64,000 nt of DNA. Origin: Candidatus Ozemobacteraceae bacterium (GTDB lineage Bacteria > Muiribacteriota > Ozemobacteria > Ozemobacterales > Ozemobacteraceae). Shown here piece after piece: positions 9,412-18,984 of this stretch. A program made the translations under genes and the position numbers. Where the stretch lies: assembly GCA_965140445.1 (NCBI GenBank), contig OZ223236.1:4192001-4256000 (forward strand). The letters are read 5' to 3'. The notes below the pieces were generated by a model. The model worked only from the letters and a program-made list of their open reading frames with translations, ran no database searches and was not told where the DNA came from. Positions within the stretch are counted from its first letter, which is position 1, and the number at the start of each line of letters is the position of its first letter.

Positions 9412-10842
9412 TTGATTATGAAAGATAACAATTTTTTGAAAAAATTTAGCTCTGCATTGCTTTTGGAAACCATGGCTGAAGGAGTATTAATTGTAGATCT
9501 GGAAGGTAAAATAAGAGTTTGGAACAAGGCAATGGCTGAAATAACAGGGTTTTCGCACCATGAAGCTATTGGTAAGGATACAGGCTGGCTTAGAGCTCCA
9601 GATTGTTCAGGAGCAGACAAGGTTATAGGCTTACTTGAAAAAAATGGGAAACCAGGTAACGCATGTGTTAATGGTTGCGAATGTGCAATTATTTCAAGAA
9701 CTGGAGAACGTATACCAGTATTGGTAAATGCAAGAGTTCTTGTTTCGGAAGCAGGCGAAGTTCTTGGAATTATTCAAACTTTGACTGATTTCAGACCTGT
9801 GTTTAATCTCAAACAAGAGATAGAAGCCATGACAAGAAAGATTACCGGAGAAGGAAGCTTTCATGGAATCATTGGCAAAAGTATAAGAATGCAGAAAGTC
9901 TTTAAAATGATTGCTTTGGCTGCTGAAAGTGAATCGACGGTAATGGTCCTTGGCGATAGCGGAACAGGAAAAGAGCTTGTTACAACGGCGATCCACAATC
10001 TAAGTGCAAGAGCCGCAAAACCACTGGTGAAAGTAAACTGTGGAGCAATACCAGAAACTCTCCTTGAGAGTGAATTGTTTGGACACGAAAAAGGCTCTTT
10101 TACCGGGGCAATAAAAAAGCGCACCGGGCGTTTTGAATCAGCAGACGAAGGAACAATTTTCCTTGATGAAGTTGGAGATATCAGCCCTGCTATGCAGGTA
10201 AAGTTACTCAGAGTTCTTCAGGAAGGTGAATTTGAAAGAATAGGTGGAGAAAAAACTTTAAAAGTAGATGTCCGCGTTATATGCGCAACCAACAAGGATC
10301 TACAAAAAGAAGTCAGAGAAGGACGATTTCGAGAAGATCTTTATTACAGGCTACGAGTTTTTCCAATAAACATCCCCACCCTATCTCAGCGTCCAGAAGA
10401 TATCCCCACCTTAATTCAACATTTCATAAACAGATTCAGTGCAAAAACAGGGAAATTAATAACTGGTATAAACCGCGAGGCCCTGGATAAGCTTTGCCGA
10501 TATAGCTGGCCAGGCAATGTCCGCGAGTTGGAAAACGCTATAGAATATGCGTTTGTTGTGTGCCAGGAATCACAAATAAAGCTTGAGCACCTTCCAGAAG
10601 AGGTTGGCAATCTTGAGAGAAGAACAACAATGGTCACAGAGCCTCCAATTCCAGTTTCAGAAAAGTTAATCAATTTTGCTCCTGAAACTGCAAAACAAAT
10701 AGTTCGTTCAAAATCTTTACTAACCGATTTGCTTAATGATTGTGCCTGGAATAAAGCTGAGGCAGCAAGAAGGCTAGGATTGAGCAGAACCGCAGTTTGG
10801 AAATGGTTGAAAAAGCACCGAATCCCACTCAGCAGAGATTAG
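9412..10842 (+). CDS. PAS-domain sigma54-dependent transcriptional activator (bEBP, Fis-type HTH)
   Basis: PAS N-terminus; GDSGTGKE, ESELFGHEKGSFTGA, FLDEVG, FREDLYYRL, WPGNVREL; C-terminal HTH. Confidence 0.95.
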   Translation: MIMKDNNFLKKFSSALLLETMAEGVLIVDLEGKIRVWNKAMAEITGFSHHEAIGKDTGWLRAPDCSGADKVIGLLEKNGKPGNACVNGCECAIISRTGERIPVLVNARVLVSEAGEVLGIIQTLTDFRPVFNLKQEIEAMTRKITGEGSFHGIIGKSIRMQKVFKMIALAAESESTVMVLGDSGTGKELVTTAIHNLSARAAKPLVKVNCGAIPETLLESELFGHEKGSFTGAIKKRTGRFESADEGTIFLDEVGDISPAMQVKLLRVLQEGEFERIGGEKTLKVDVRVICATNKDLQKEVREGRFREDLYYRLRVFPINIPTLSQRPEDIPTLIQHFINRFSAKTGKLITGINREALDKLCRYSWPGNVRELENAIEYAFVVCQESQIKLEHLPEEVGNLERRTTMVTEPPIPVSEKLINFAPETAKQIVRSKSLLTDLLNDCAWNKAEAARRLGLSRTAVWKWLKKHRIPLSRD

Positions 10843-10858
10843 GCTGCGATTCACGCAT

Positions 10859-11302
10859 CTATTTTCCCCCAAGAGAAAAGTTAAGCCGCTTTTTATTCTT
10901 GTTGCTATATACAATAACTCTGGAATCACTTATAGAAACGACCTGGAGCTTACCATTTATAATTTGCCCGGGAGTTACTTCATATTCCTTGTTTTGAAAT
11001 TCCACAATGGCGTATCTAGATTTATTATTGCCACAGATTCCCGTAACCCTAATCTTAATAACGGGGGCAGGCTCTACAAATTTGGTTTCAATTTTTGCTG
11101 ACTTGTTTTCCTCAATTATTCTAGATGGAATTGAAACTGTATTTTTTAGTATAAGCGCTTTAAATGGATCTTTATGTGGGTTTTCAGGAGAAAAAGTAAC
11201 GGAATGCGATGTTTCTGATAAAACCAGTGGACCTGTTGCGGAAGCAGTATGTGTACACAGAATTAAAATGGCTCCAATCAAAATTCCTATGTTTCTAGAC
11301 AT
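10859..11302 (-). CDS. PilP-like type IV pilus protein, paralog of 43094-43687
   Basis: Signal peptide; KDPFKALI and VTGICGN..YAIVEFQN...GQIINGKLQVVSISDSRVIVYSNK align with the pilMNO-adjacent protein. ATG 11302 after GGAGG. Confidence 0.65.
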   Translation of the reverse strand: MSRNIGILIGAILILCTHTASATGPLVLSETSHSVTFSPENPHKDPFKALILKNTVSIPSRIIEENKSAKIETKFVEPAPVIKIRVTGICGNNKSRYAIVEFQNKEYEVTPGQIINGKLQVVSISDSRVIVYSNKNKKRLNFSLGGK

Positions 11303-11473
11303 ATATTTATCCTCCAATTTGGCCTATATATGGGAAAACGTAAAAAAATTTTGTCGGATTTAGATGTTCCGGACTTTTTCATTCTACGTATACTTAAGTT
11401 AGATAAAGCAAGTTTGTAGAGGCTTTGAAATCTGGGGTAAAAAACATAAGAATATAGTTCTACGGGGAATTGT

Positions 11474-12553
11474 ATGAAAGATCGCATCTTGGTCGTTGAT
11501 GACGACCCGGCTGTATGCAAGTTGATTTCAGGTTGGTTGGAAAACGAGGGATATAAAGTAATAGTGGCCTCCGATGGGCAAGAAGCGCTTAATAAAATGC
11601 ATCTTAAGCCTGATTTGGTTATATCTGATATGGACATGCCAAATGTAACTGGCTTAGAGCTTTTAAAGGAGGTTTCAAAATTACCTTTCCCTCCTGCTTT
11701 CATTATTATAACCGCAATCGACGAACATTGGTCCGGGGTTACAGCACTTGAAGCCGGCGCATTGGCTTATATCATTAAGCCATTTAAAAAGAATGAAATT
11801 TTGATTCAAGCTACAAACGCATTAAGAGTTAGAAAGCTTGAGCAGATGCGTCTAAATTATCAGAGACAACTGGAAACCGATATTCAAAGGAAAACCAGAG
11901 AAATTAGAGATCGCGAAAAGCATTTGACACAAAGACTTGTTCTAGCGACTGAATTAAATGATATATCCGCTTTTCACCACATCAAAAGAATTGGCCTCCT
12001 CGCGGGGCAAGTTGCACGTTATTCCGGCTGGAATTCAGAAGATGCAGAGAAACTAGAACTTGCAGCCAGCATGCATGATATTGGAAAAGTCGGAGTTCCC
12101 AGAGAAATAGTTGAAAAACCTGGAAGATATAATAAAGAAGACTTTAATGCAATGAAACAGCATTGTGAAATTGGTGCAGGAATTCTTAGCGGGACTGATA
12201 TTCCATTAATGAATATGGCGGTAGAAATAGCTTTAAACCATCATGAGAAATGGGATGGAAGCGGATATCCAAATAAAAAAGCTGGAACACAGATACCTTT
12301 GGCCGCAAGAATAACAGCAATAGCAGATGTCTTTGACGCGTTATTGTCTAACAGAGCGTATCGAACAGCCTTTACAATTAACGAAACCATGCAGATAATT
12401 ATTGATGCAAAAGGAACGCATTTTGATCCGGAACTCACAGAAATATTCATTGCTAATTCCTCAGAATTAATCGAGTTAAGGGAGATTTTTCAAAAGCAGG
12501 AAATTGAAAGAAAGCAATTTTCAAATCTTCAGCTCGGAAAAACTCAGAATTAA
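11474..12553 (+). CDS. Response regulator with HD-GYP cyclic di-GMP phosphodiesterase domain (RpfG-like)
   Basis: Receiver (ILVVDDD, DLVISDMDMP, KPF); ASMHDIGK, HHEKWDGSGYP, ADVFDAL, GTHFDP. Confidence 0.93.
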   Translation: MKDRILVVDDDPAVCKLISGWLENEGYKVIVASDGQEALNKMHLKPDLVISDMDMPNVTGLELLKEVSKLPFPPAFIIITAIDEHWSGVTALEAGALAYIIKPFKKNEILIQATNALRVRKLEQMRLNYQRQLETDIQRKTREIRDREKHLTQRLVLATELNDISAFHHIKRIGLLAGQVARYSGWNSEDAEKLELAASMHDIGKVGVPREIVEKPGRYNKEDFNAMKQHCEIGAGILSGTDIPLMNMAVEIALNHHEKWDGSGYPNKKAGTQIPLAARITAIADVFDALLSNRAYRTAFTINETMQIIIDAKGTHFDPELTEIFIANSSELIELREIFQKQEIERKQFSNLQLGKTQN

Positions 12554-12557
12554 TCCA

Positions 12558-12609
12558 AAACAAGCCCCCCCTTTACCAGAGAATCCTTAGGTAAAGGGGG
12601 GGCTTGTTT
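12558..12609. terminator. Bidirectional hairpin between convergent genes
   Basis: 20-bp perfect inverted repeat AAACAAGCCCCCCCTTTACC / GGTAAAGGGGGGGCTTGTTT. Confidence 0.75.
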
Positions 12610-12632
12610 GTGGAATAACTTTTTTTCTCTTA

Positions 12633-13739
12633 CTATAAAGTGCTTTGGCTGGCTTTTTTTTCGGACAAAAGTCTGATTTCTTCATCTTTTGCCTTTTCAA
12701 AGGTTTCATGAAGTAGTATTGCTGGTGAAATTGTTTTAGTTTCAAGATCACAAAGATCATTGCTAAGCAATGAATCGTCAAATAAGCGCAGCTTTTCCAT
12801 TGCACCTACAGCTTGATTTGTAGCACAAGCAATTTTTCCTTCTTCTAGTTTAACCAACTGAGCCTCAATTTTCTCAATAAGATTTGTTATCCCAAGGCTT
12901 GAATTGCCATTAAGATCTTCTTTCAATTGAAAAACAAACCGCCGCCCGGCTCCAGTCAAGGTGTCCAACTTTGATGAAATATTTTGTCGAGACATTTTTG
13001 TGAAAAAGATTTCATAAAAACTCTTGTTTGCTTCAGCAATCCAGAGCTCAACTTTTACCCCATGCAATATTATGGCATACTCTGCAAGCTTTTTATTATA
13101 AAGTGAAATGGCGTGTGAAATAGTCCGTAAAGATTGAGAGGTTTTGGATAGGTCAGTAGACTGATTCCTAATTTTATCAAGACAAATATAAGTGTCTTTT
13201 AGCAACTTTTCATATTCGCTTCTTGGCACAAAAATTTTATAGTCCTTACATTTATCCAGTCCCCATTTCAAGTTCATTACCATTTGAAACAATTCTTCAA
13301 TTGATTCTTCAAAGTTTCTGCTATCGACCAATATTTCCGGGTCGGTCATTTTTTTAAAATATTCTGCCCCCAGCTTCTTTTTTTGTCCTGAGTCTTCCAT
13401 TAAGGCTTTTATACTCCCACCGCCAAACTTCATAAAGCCAGCCCTAAAAGCATTAAGTCTTTCTTCAAGTCCGATGGTTTTAAAAATAGCCTTTAACTGG
13501 TTGCGAAGCAGACTAACCTTATTAACTCCTCGCGTAATTTTGCTTTCCAGCATCTTTTCAAGATCAAAAAGATTCTTAGGATTTTTCTTTGACAGGCCGG
13601 AAACATCTTTAAGCCAACAAAAGGTTTTCCCAATCACCCCTTTACGGTGAAGGTTTTCAAGCCCACAAAATTGGCAATACTTTGATTCGACGGGAATAAT
13701 GTACCTGCATGAATTGCACGGCAAATTCTTAAACTCCAT
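12633..13739 (-). CDS. Hypothetical protein, N-terminal zinc ribbon with a helical body
   Basis: CNSC-X10-CQFCG near the N-terminus; 368-aa ORF with GAGG RBS. Confidence 0.65.
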   Translation of the reverse strand: MEFKNLPCNSCRYIIPVESKYCQFCGLENLHRKGVIGKTFCWLKDVSGLSKKNPKNLFDLEKMLESKITRGVNKVSLLRNQLKAIFKTIGLEERLNAFRAGFMKFGGGSIKALMEDSGQKKKLGAEYFKKMTDPEILVDSRNFEESIEELFQMVMNLKWGLDKCKDYKIFVPRSEYEKLLKDTYICLDKIRNQSTDLSKTSQSLRTISHAISLYNKKLAEYAIILHGVKVELWIAEANKSFYEIFFTKMSRQNISSKLDTLTGAGRRFVFQLKEDLNGNSSLGITNLIEKIEAQLVKLEEGKIACATNQAVGAMEKLRLFDDSLLSNDLCDLETKTISPAILLHETFEKAKDEEIRLLSEKKASQSTL

Positions 13740-13998
13740 TATTAAACAATCCTCAACTGAATCTATGAATATATCTTCTCAATATTATCTTTTATTGAAA
13801 TGTTAAATCAAGAAATAATTAGCTGAAACGTTTAATTGGAAGCATTTTCACAAAGAAAATAAAATTAACCGGAAATTTCTAAACCCGCATAAACCACAAA
13901 ATGAATGCCATTTTTCATCCCATAGTTTTATTTCATCCAGGCTGAGCATGTTACAATAATTAATAGCGCTGCAATGGCAGATACTCATAAAGGCATTC

Positions 13999-14526
13999 TT
14001 GATGAAAAAAACTGCAAAAAATATAGCTGGAATAACCCTGGTTGAAATTCTAGTAGCTACTACGATACTTTCTTTCACCATTGGGCCAATAGTAGCGATG
14101 TTTTCGTTTGCCTCGCGAAATATGGGGTCAAGCGTGAATCGTGTTCAGGCACAATTTCTTGCCCATGCTGTGCTCGAATCAATAAAAGCTGAAGTTACCA
14201 GATTCCCACGTGCTGCCGACTCTTACCCCTGGTATTTTGAGATTACACCAGTAAAACTGGGTTCCTACTCATTCTTTGATCAATCAAATACCAGATTTTT
14301 CAATAACGTATTCGGCCCCGGGAAACCCATAGTCGAAGGCTCACCACTATTTAACCAATTCAGTCCATATAAAATTATTGTTCAATTCTCTGGCGCACGA
14401 AAAGTCAGATTTATAAGAGTTAAAGTAACCTGGGACAGCGAAGGAAGGCATCATAGTTTAGAACAAACCGGAAGCATAGAAGTCCTACCATATAAATTTG
14501 TAAGAAATGAGCGCAATATCCGATGA
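13999..14526 (+). CDS. Prepilin-type minor pilin (PilV-like)
   Basis: Basic leader plus G|ITLVEILVA class III signal. Confidence 0.8.
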   Translation: MMKKTAKNIAGITLVEILVATTILSFTIGPIVAMFSFASRNMGSSVNRVQAQFLAHAVLESIKAEVTRFPRAADSYPWYFEITPVKLGSYSFFDQSNTRFFNNVFGPGKPIVEGSPLFNQFSPYKIIVQFSGARKVRFIRVKVTWDSEGRHHSLEQTGSIEVLPYKFVRNERNIR

Positions 14527-14990
14527 TGTCTAAAAAGAATTTTTCCACAGCGCATGGTTTCACACTTGTTGAAATTCTGGTTTGTGTTGTTCTTTTTTCA
14601 GGACTGATTTTAGTTGTTAGTTCAACGTATTCATTTATCCGACGCACTTTCATTCGCGTTGACGGGAAGGGTGCTGCAAGCTCCGAGATTGAACGTTTTT
14701 TGTTCCGCCTCGATGGTGAGTTGAGGTCTGCCCGTGAAGTGATTGAACCTTCTTCTGATTCGAAATCGGACAAGATTGTTTTTTATAACAGTGATGGAAA
14801 CCAGATTGGGTATAAATTTTCTGGTAGCAAAATCATCAGAACAGAATTTTTGAATAGAAAAGACCGCACAATAATGGAGAAAGTAGATACTTTGTCTTTT
14901 TCCAGGTTCTCTCCAGGATTAGTCGAAATAGTTGTATCAAGTCAGAAAGTAGCTGTTATGACGGCAGTGCACGTATGGAACCTGCCATGA
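14523..14990 (+). CDS. Prepilin-type minor pilin (PilW-like)
   Basis: G|FTLVEILV class III signal; ATGA overlap with the upstream gene. Confidence 0.82.
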   Translation: MMSKKNFSTAHGFTLVEILVCVVLFSGLILVVSSTYSFIRRTFIRVDGKGAASSEIERFLFRLDGELRSAREVIEPSSDSKSDKIVFYNSDGNQIGYKFSGSKIIRTEFLNRKDRTIMEKVDTLSFSRFSPGLVEIVVSSQKVAVMTAVHVWNLP

Positions 14991-15478
14991 AAAAACAAGG
15001 GATGGCCATTCCGCTGGTTCTAGGATTTATAGTTGTTAGCGCATTATTAGGCTCATCATTGCTTTTTCTTTCCAGGACACGAAATACAAATACTCACAAG
15101 AACATTGGAAGACTTCAATTAATACATGTTGCACAAATGGGCCTGCATGAAGCTCTTGTGTTTATAAAACCATTAAGATTTTCAGAATTTAAAACTCAAA
15201 AAGGCGATGAGTGGAAATTTAAAACCCAAATAAAAAATTTCGGACGAGCCAGCTCCTGGTGCGAAGTTTGTGTAAAGATTGGTGGTTACAATAGACTGGA
15301 AATAGAATCCATTGGCCATTGGAAAGAGAAAAACTCATCTGAACAGAAAAAAAGCTTTTCCTGTGATGCAAGATACTCTGAAAAAGTTACGACCGGGGCA
15401 AGTTCAAGATTTTCCAGTAACACTAAAATTGAAGGTGAATGGAAGCTTGAAAACTTCATTGAAAAGGCCTTAGATTGA
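14987..15478 (+). CDS. PilX/GspK-like minor pilin
   Basis: MKKQG|MAIPLVLG lacks Glu5, as in PilX/GspK; ATGA overlap at 14987. Confidence 0.7.
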   Translation: MKKQGMAIPLVLGFIVVSALLGSSLLFLSRTRNTNTHKNIGRLQLIHVAQMGLHEALVFIKPLRFSEFKTQKGDEWKFKTQIKNFGRASSWCEVCVKIGGYNRLEIESIGHWKEKNSSEQKKSFSCDARYSEKVTTGASSRFSSNTKIEGEWKLENFIEKALD

Positions 15479-15527
15479 TTCCTTGCTTCTCAACATTTCT
15501 GTAAAAAGTAATCCGGGAGAAAAAGCT

Positions 15528-16022
15528 ATGCTAAGAACGGCAAAAGTAGAAGATGCAAAAGAAATTGCGCAAATTCATATTGATGCATGGAGAGCCGCCT
15601 ATCAGAATATAGTTCCCCAAAAACATCTGGACTCCCTTTCAGTAGATGATCGAACAAAAAGTTGGCAAAACCAGATAACTGAAGCAGTGTTTAGCGTATT
15701 GGTTTTGGAAGTTGAGAATAAGATTGTTGGTTGGATAGCCTTTGGTCAAAATCGTGACAAGGAAAATGGCCATGAAATTTCCGCTATTTACGTAGCGCCC
15801 CAATTTTGGGGAAAAGGAATAGGAACAATATTGCTAAAAAAAGCTGAAGAAATACTTCTATCAATGGAACTGGGAGATATTATCTTATGGGTTCTTGAGA
15901 AAAATACCTCTTCAATCAAGTTTTACCAGAAAATGGGTTTCGAGAAAGATAATACAAAAAAGCAAAAGGTAATTGGGGGAAAAGACCTGACTATTATAAG
16001 AATGAAAAAATCCCCCATTTAG
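15528..16022 (+). CDS. GNAT family N-acetyltransferase
   Basis: IYVAPQFWGKGIGTILL acetyl-CoA motif; LWVLEKN..IKFYQKMGF. Confidence 0.9.
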   Translation: MLRTAKVEDAKEIAQIHIDAWRAAYQNIVPQKHLDSLSVDDRTKSWQNQITEAVFSVLVLEVENKIVGWIAFGQNRDKENGHEISAIYVAPQFWGKGIGTILLKKAEEILLSMELGDIILWVLEKNTSSIKFYQKMGFEKDNTKKQKVIGGKDLTIIRMKKSPI

Positions 16023-16187
16023 AAACTCCTGGAAAACCTCAAAATGATTAAAATCAAAAGACTTGATAAAAGCGCAAATTAGTAACTAAATAAAATATAA
16101 TTAGCTACCTCAGGCGACATGTAAGATATTTCAAAGTTCCAGAAAGCAAATGCTAAAATTTTAGAGACTCAAAACCAGGAGGGCTTT

Positions 16188-17303
16188 TTGCCAAATATAT
16201 TGCTGACAATTTTCTTTTTTTTGATTCATCCTTTAATAGTCTTGGGAGATCAAGTTCCCAACAATCTTGGGCATGGCTATGAGTTTGAAAATAATGGTAA
16301 AGCCCGTGGTCATATTTTTTCAAAAACCTATGAAAAAAACAATCCAGAATTCCCCTCTTTAAATGTTTCAAAGGACCTTAGCGAGGGAATAAAAAGAACA
16401 TTGCAATATTTGAAAAGATCTTCCAGCAGAAAAACTTTTAAATCTGGGAATTTGACTATTTCAGGGCGTCAGTTAATAAAAGCGGCAGAAATTATTGATG
16501 CATTTGCCAAAACAGGTATAGATAAACATCTTTCATCTCTGGGTTTTTTCCAGATAAAGGGAGAAGACGGTAAAGGCAATGTCCACTTCACTGGATATTT
16601 CACTCCTCTTCTGGAAGCCAGAGAAAAAGCCGACGAAGTTTTTAAGTATCCAATATACGCCATGCCAAAAAGCAGACCAATTCCTACAAGGCAGGCAATT
16701 GACAGCCAGAACGCTCTGGCCGGAAAAGGACTTGAACTAGCATTTACAAGCAATCTGCTTGATAATTTCTTCCTTTCTGTTCAAGGCTCAGGCATTCTAA
16801 AATTTGCTGATGGAAAGCAAAAATCTGTCGGTTACGCAGGCTCAAACGGTCATCCTTACAGAAGCGTCGGAAAAATGCTCATAAAAAAAGGGGCAATATC
16901 TCCAGAAAAAATCTCGCTCAGATCAATTGAAAAGTGGTTTGAAGCTCACCCGGAACAATTAGCGCCAATATTGAATAAGAACCCTTCCTATTCGTTTTTT
17001 AAATGGCGTCGAAACAGGATTACAGGGGCTACCGGGCTACCATTGTCACCTATGCACTCAGTCGCAGTAGATAAGTCTTACATTCCATACGGAGCCTGTT
17101 TGATTGCAGAAGTGCCTTTATTAGATGAGAACGGTTCCTATAAATGTCATCAATGGCGAATTCTCTTTGCTCACGACACAGGAGGAGCGATTAGAGGCCC
17201 AGGACATCTGGATCTTTATCATGGGCAGGGCAGAGAAGCAGGATTCAGGGCGGGCGATTTGCACCACTACGGACGCGTATGGCTTATTCTTCCAAAAGAA
17301 TAA
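16188..17303 (+). CDS. mltA: Lytic murein transglycosylase A
   Basis: FTGYFTP, FFLSVQGSG, GYAGSNGHPYRSVG, NPSYSFF, SVAVD, AHDTGGAIRG..LDLYHG. Confidence 0.9.
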   Translation: MPNILLTIFFFLIHPLIVLGDQVPNNLGHGYEFENNGKARGHIFSKTYEKNNPEFPSLNVSKDLSEGIKRTLQYLKRSSSRKTFKSGNLTISGRQLIKAAEIIDAFAKTGIDKHLSSLGFFQIKGEDGKGNVHFTGYFTPLLEAREKADEVFKYPIYAMPKSRPIPTRQAIDSQNALAGKGLELAFTSNLLDNFFLSVQGSGILKFADGKQKSVGYAGSNGHPYRSVGKMLIKKGAISPEKISLRSIEKWFEAHPEQLAPILNKNPSYSFFKWRRNRITGATGLPLSPMHSVAVDKSYIPYGACLIAEVPLLDENGSYKCHQWRILFAHDTGGAIRGPGHLDLYHGQGREAGFRAGDLHHYGRVWLILPKE

Positions 17304-17363
17304 GTTTAACGATTTTAAACCGGGAATTTCCCATAAAGAATCATCACCTCTTAGAACTTTTCT

Positions 17364-17392
17364 TGACTTGGTGTCATAAAAAGACTAACCTC
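17364..17392 (+). promoter_or_regulatory. sigma70-like promoter for the PPIase gene
   Basis: TTGACT-N17-TAACCT. Confidence 0.5.
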
Positions 17393-17451
17393 ATGGTGGT
17401 TTTATTAAGCCAATTTTTAAAGCCTTTCAGGCTTGCTAAGGAGCGAAATAT

Positions 17452-17946
17452 ATGACTACTGCGAAAAAAGGTGACCTCGTGTTTGTACACTACACAGGCT
17501 CATTTGATACAGGCGAAGTTTTTGATTCCAGCAAAGACAGCTCCCCTCTCCATTTTGTATTAGGCGAAGGCCAGATCATACCTGGTTTTGAAAAAGCAAT
17601 TATGGGAATGGCCATCAATGAAAAGAAAAGTGTTGAACTTGAACCAAAAGATGCATATGGCCCATTTTCAGAAGAAAAAATAATCACCACCGAAAGAGAA
17701 AATTTTGGTGAAGGTTTTGAACCAGAAAAAGATCTTCAAATTGCTCTTCAACTTGAAGATGGAAATAGAGCAATTGCAACAATTAGAGATTTTGATGAAA
17801 AATCTGTTACTCTTGATCTCAACCACCCTCTTGCAGGCAAAAACCTTAATTTTGACCTTGAATTAGTTGACATTAAAGATGCCTCTGAAGAACCAACTTG
17901 CGGAAGCGGAGGTTGCTCAAGCTGTTCAGGCTGTGGGCACGATTAA
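17452..17946 (+). CDS. slyD: FKBP-type peptidyl-prolyl isomerase, SlyD-like, with Cys-rich tail
   Basis: VHYTG, GEVFDSS, IPGFEKA, DAYG, DLNHPLAGK; tail CGSGGCSSCSGCGHD. Confidence 0.88.
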   Translation: MTTAKKGDLVFVHYTGSFDTGEVFDSSKDSSPLHFVLGEGQIIPGFEKAIMGMAINEKKSVELEPKDAYGPFSEEKIITTERENFGEGFEPEKDLQIALQLEDGNRAIATIRDFDEKSVTLDLNHPLAGKNLNFDLELVDIKDASEEPTCGSGGCSSCSGCGHD

Positions 17947-17958
17947 TTAGATTGAGAC

Positions 17959-17998
17959 AAAAAAGCTCTCGGGTTATAATGGCCTGAGAGCTTTTTTT
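17959..17998 (+). terminator. Intrinsic terminator
   Basis: AAAAAAGCTCTCGGG...CCTGAGAGCTTTTTTT. Confidence 0.85.
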
Positions 17999-18012
17999 AT
18001 GGAAGGTAAACA

Positions 18013-18984
18013 ATGCAGAAAAAATTTCAAATTATTTTCATAATCCTTTTATCTTTTATTTCCACACAAATTTATGCGCAAGAAACCCATCTTTTTGTTG
18101 CCGCAACAAATGTTAGAATCAGATCTATTCCATCCACATCAGGAAAAGTTACGGATACAATGCCATTAGGCACTTATAGAGAGATTCTTGGCATAAGCAA
18201 AGAGCAGGATGAACTAATTGGTAAAAAGGATTTCTGGTATAAAATTAATGGAATTAAAAATACATCGGGCTGGATTTTTGGAGGCTTAACCGAAAAAGCG
18301 AATGCATCAAATAAATTCAAAGTTGCATCAGACTTGATCATAAGTCGCTTAAAGTTACAGGGAAAGCCATTAAAGGACGATGAACAACTATATAACTTTG
18401 CTAAAGAGGTTCGAAACCAGACGGTAGTTCCCGAGCAAAAAGCAAAACTCGAAATGCTTTATTTAAAAAGTGTTCAAAAAATATTTGATTCTCTTTCCAT
18501 GATGGGAAAAGGGTTTGAAACGACTCACCCTTCTATAAAGGAAAACGCAGAAAACGTTTACTACCATGAAAGCGCTGGTCAGCACTTTGTTCACCCAAAT
18601 GCTTATTGGACACTGGAGTCTCAATTCGCAAATTTACCAGGAATTGCAGAAGAAATAGCATGGATTGCAGCAAACCAACAGCTGCCAGGTGAAACCGAAG
18701 GCGATCCAACTATGACTCTGATGTTTTACCTTGAGTCCTATGGAAAATACATAAAAAAATATCCGGTAGGCCCAAATGCCGACAAAGCAGTAGAAATTGC
18801 TGCGGCCTATCTGGAAGGAATGCCAGAAGGAATAAAAGGATATTTTAAACCCGAGCATGAAACTTTTAAGAAAGAGTTTATTCTAAGTTTGTCAGACCTG
18901 GAAAACTCCCTGAAAAGATGTAAAGACACTGGTGACAGATCAAAGGCTCTTTCAATAATCAAAGCAATCCGGAAAGCTCTTTAA
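18013..18984 (+). CDS. Exported SH3b-domain protein
   Basis: Signal peptide; NVRIRSIPST...WYKI...GWIFGGL, followed by a helical domain. Confidence 0.8.
   Translation: MQKKFQIIFIILLSFISTQIYAQETHLFVAATNVRIRSIPSTSGKVTDTMPLGTYREILGISKEQDELIGKKDFWYKINGIKNTSGWIFGGLTEKANASNKFKVASDLIISRLKLQGKPLKDDEQLYNFAKEVRNQTVVPEQKAKLEMLYLKSVQKIFDSLSMMGKGFETTHPSIKENAENVYYHESAGQHFVHPNAYWTLESQFANLPGIAEEIAWIAANQQLPGETEGDPTMTLMFYLESYGKYIKKYPVGPNADKAVEIAAAYLEGMPEGIKGYFKPEHETFKKEFILSLSDLENSLKRCKDTGDRSKALSIIKAIRKAL

Noticed and set aside
12558..12609. REP/MITE element
   Set aside because: Single copy in the window, between convergent genes; a terminator explains it.
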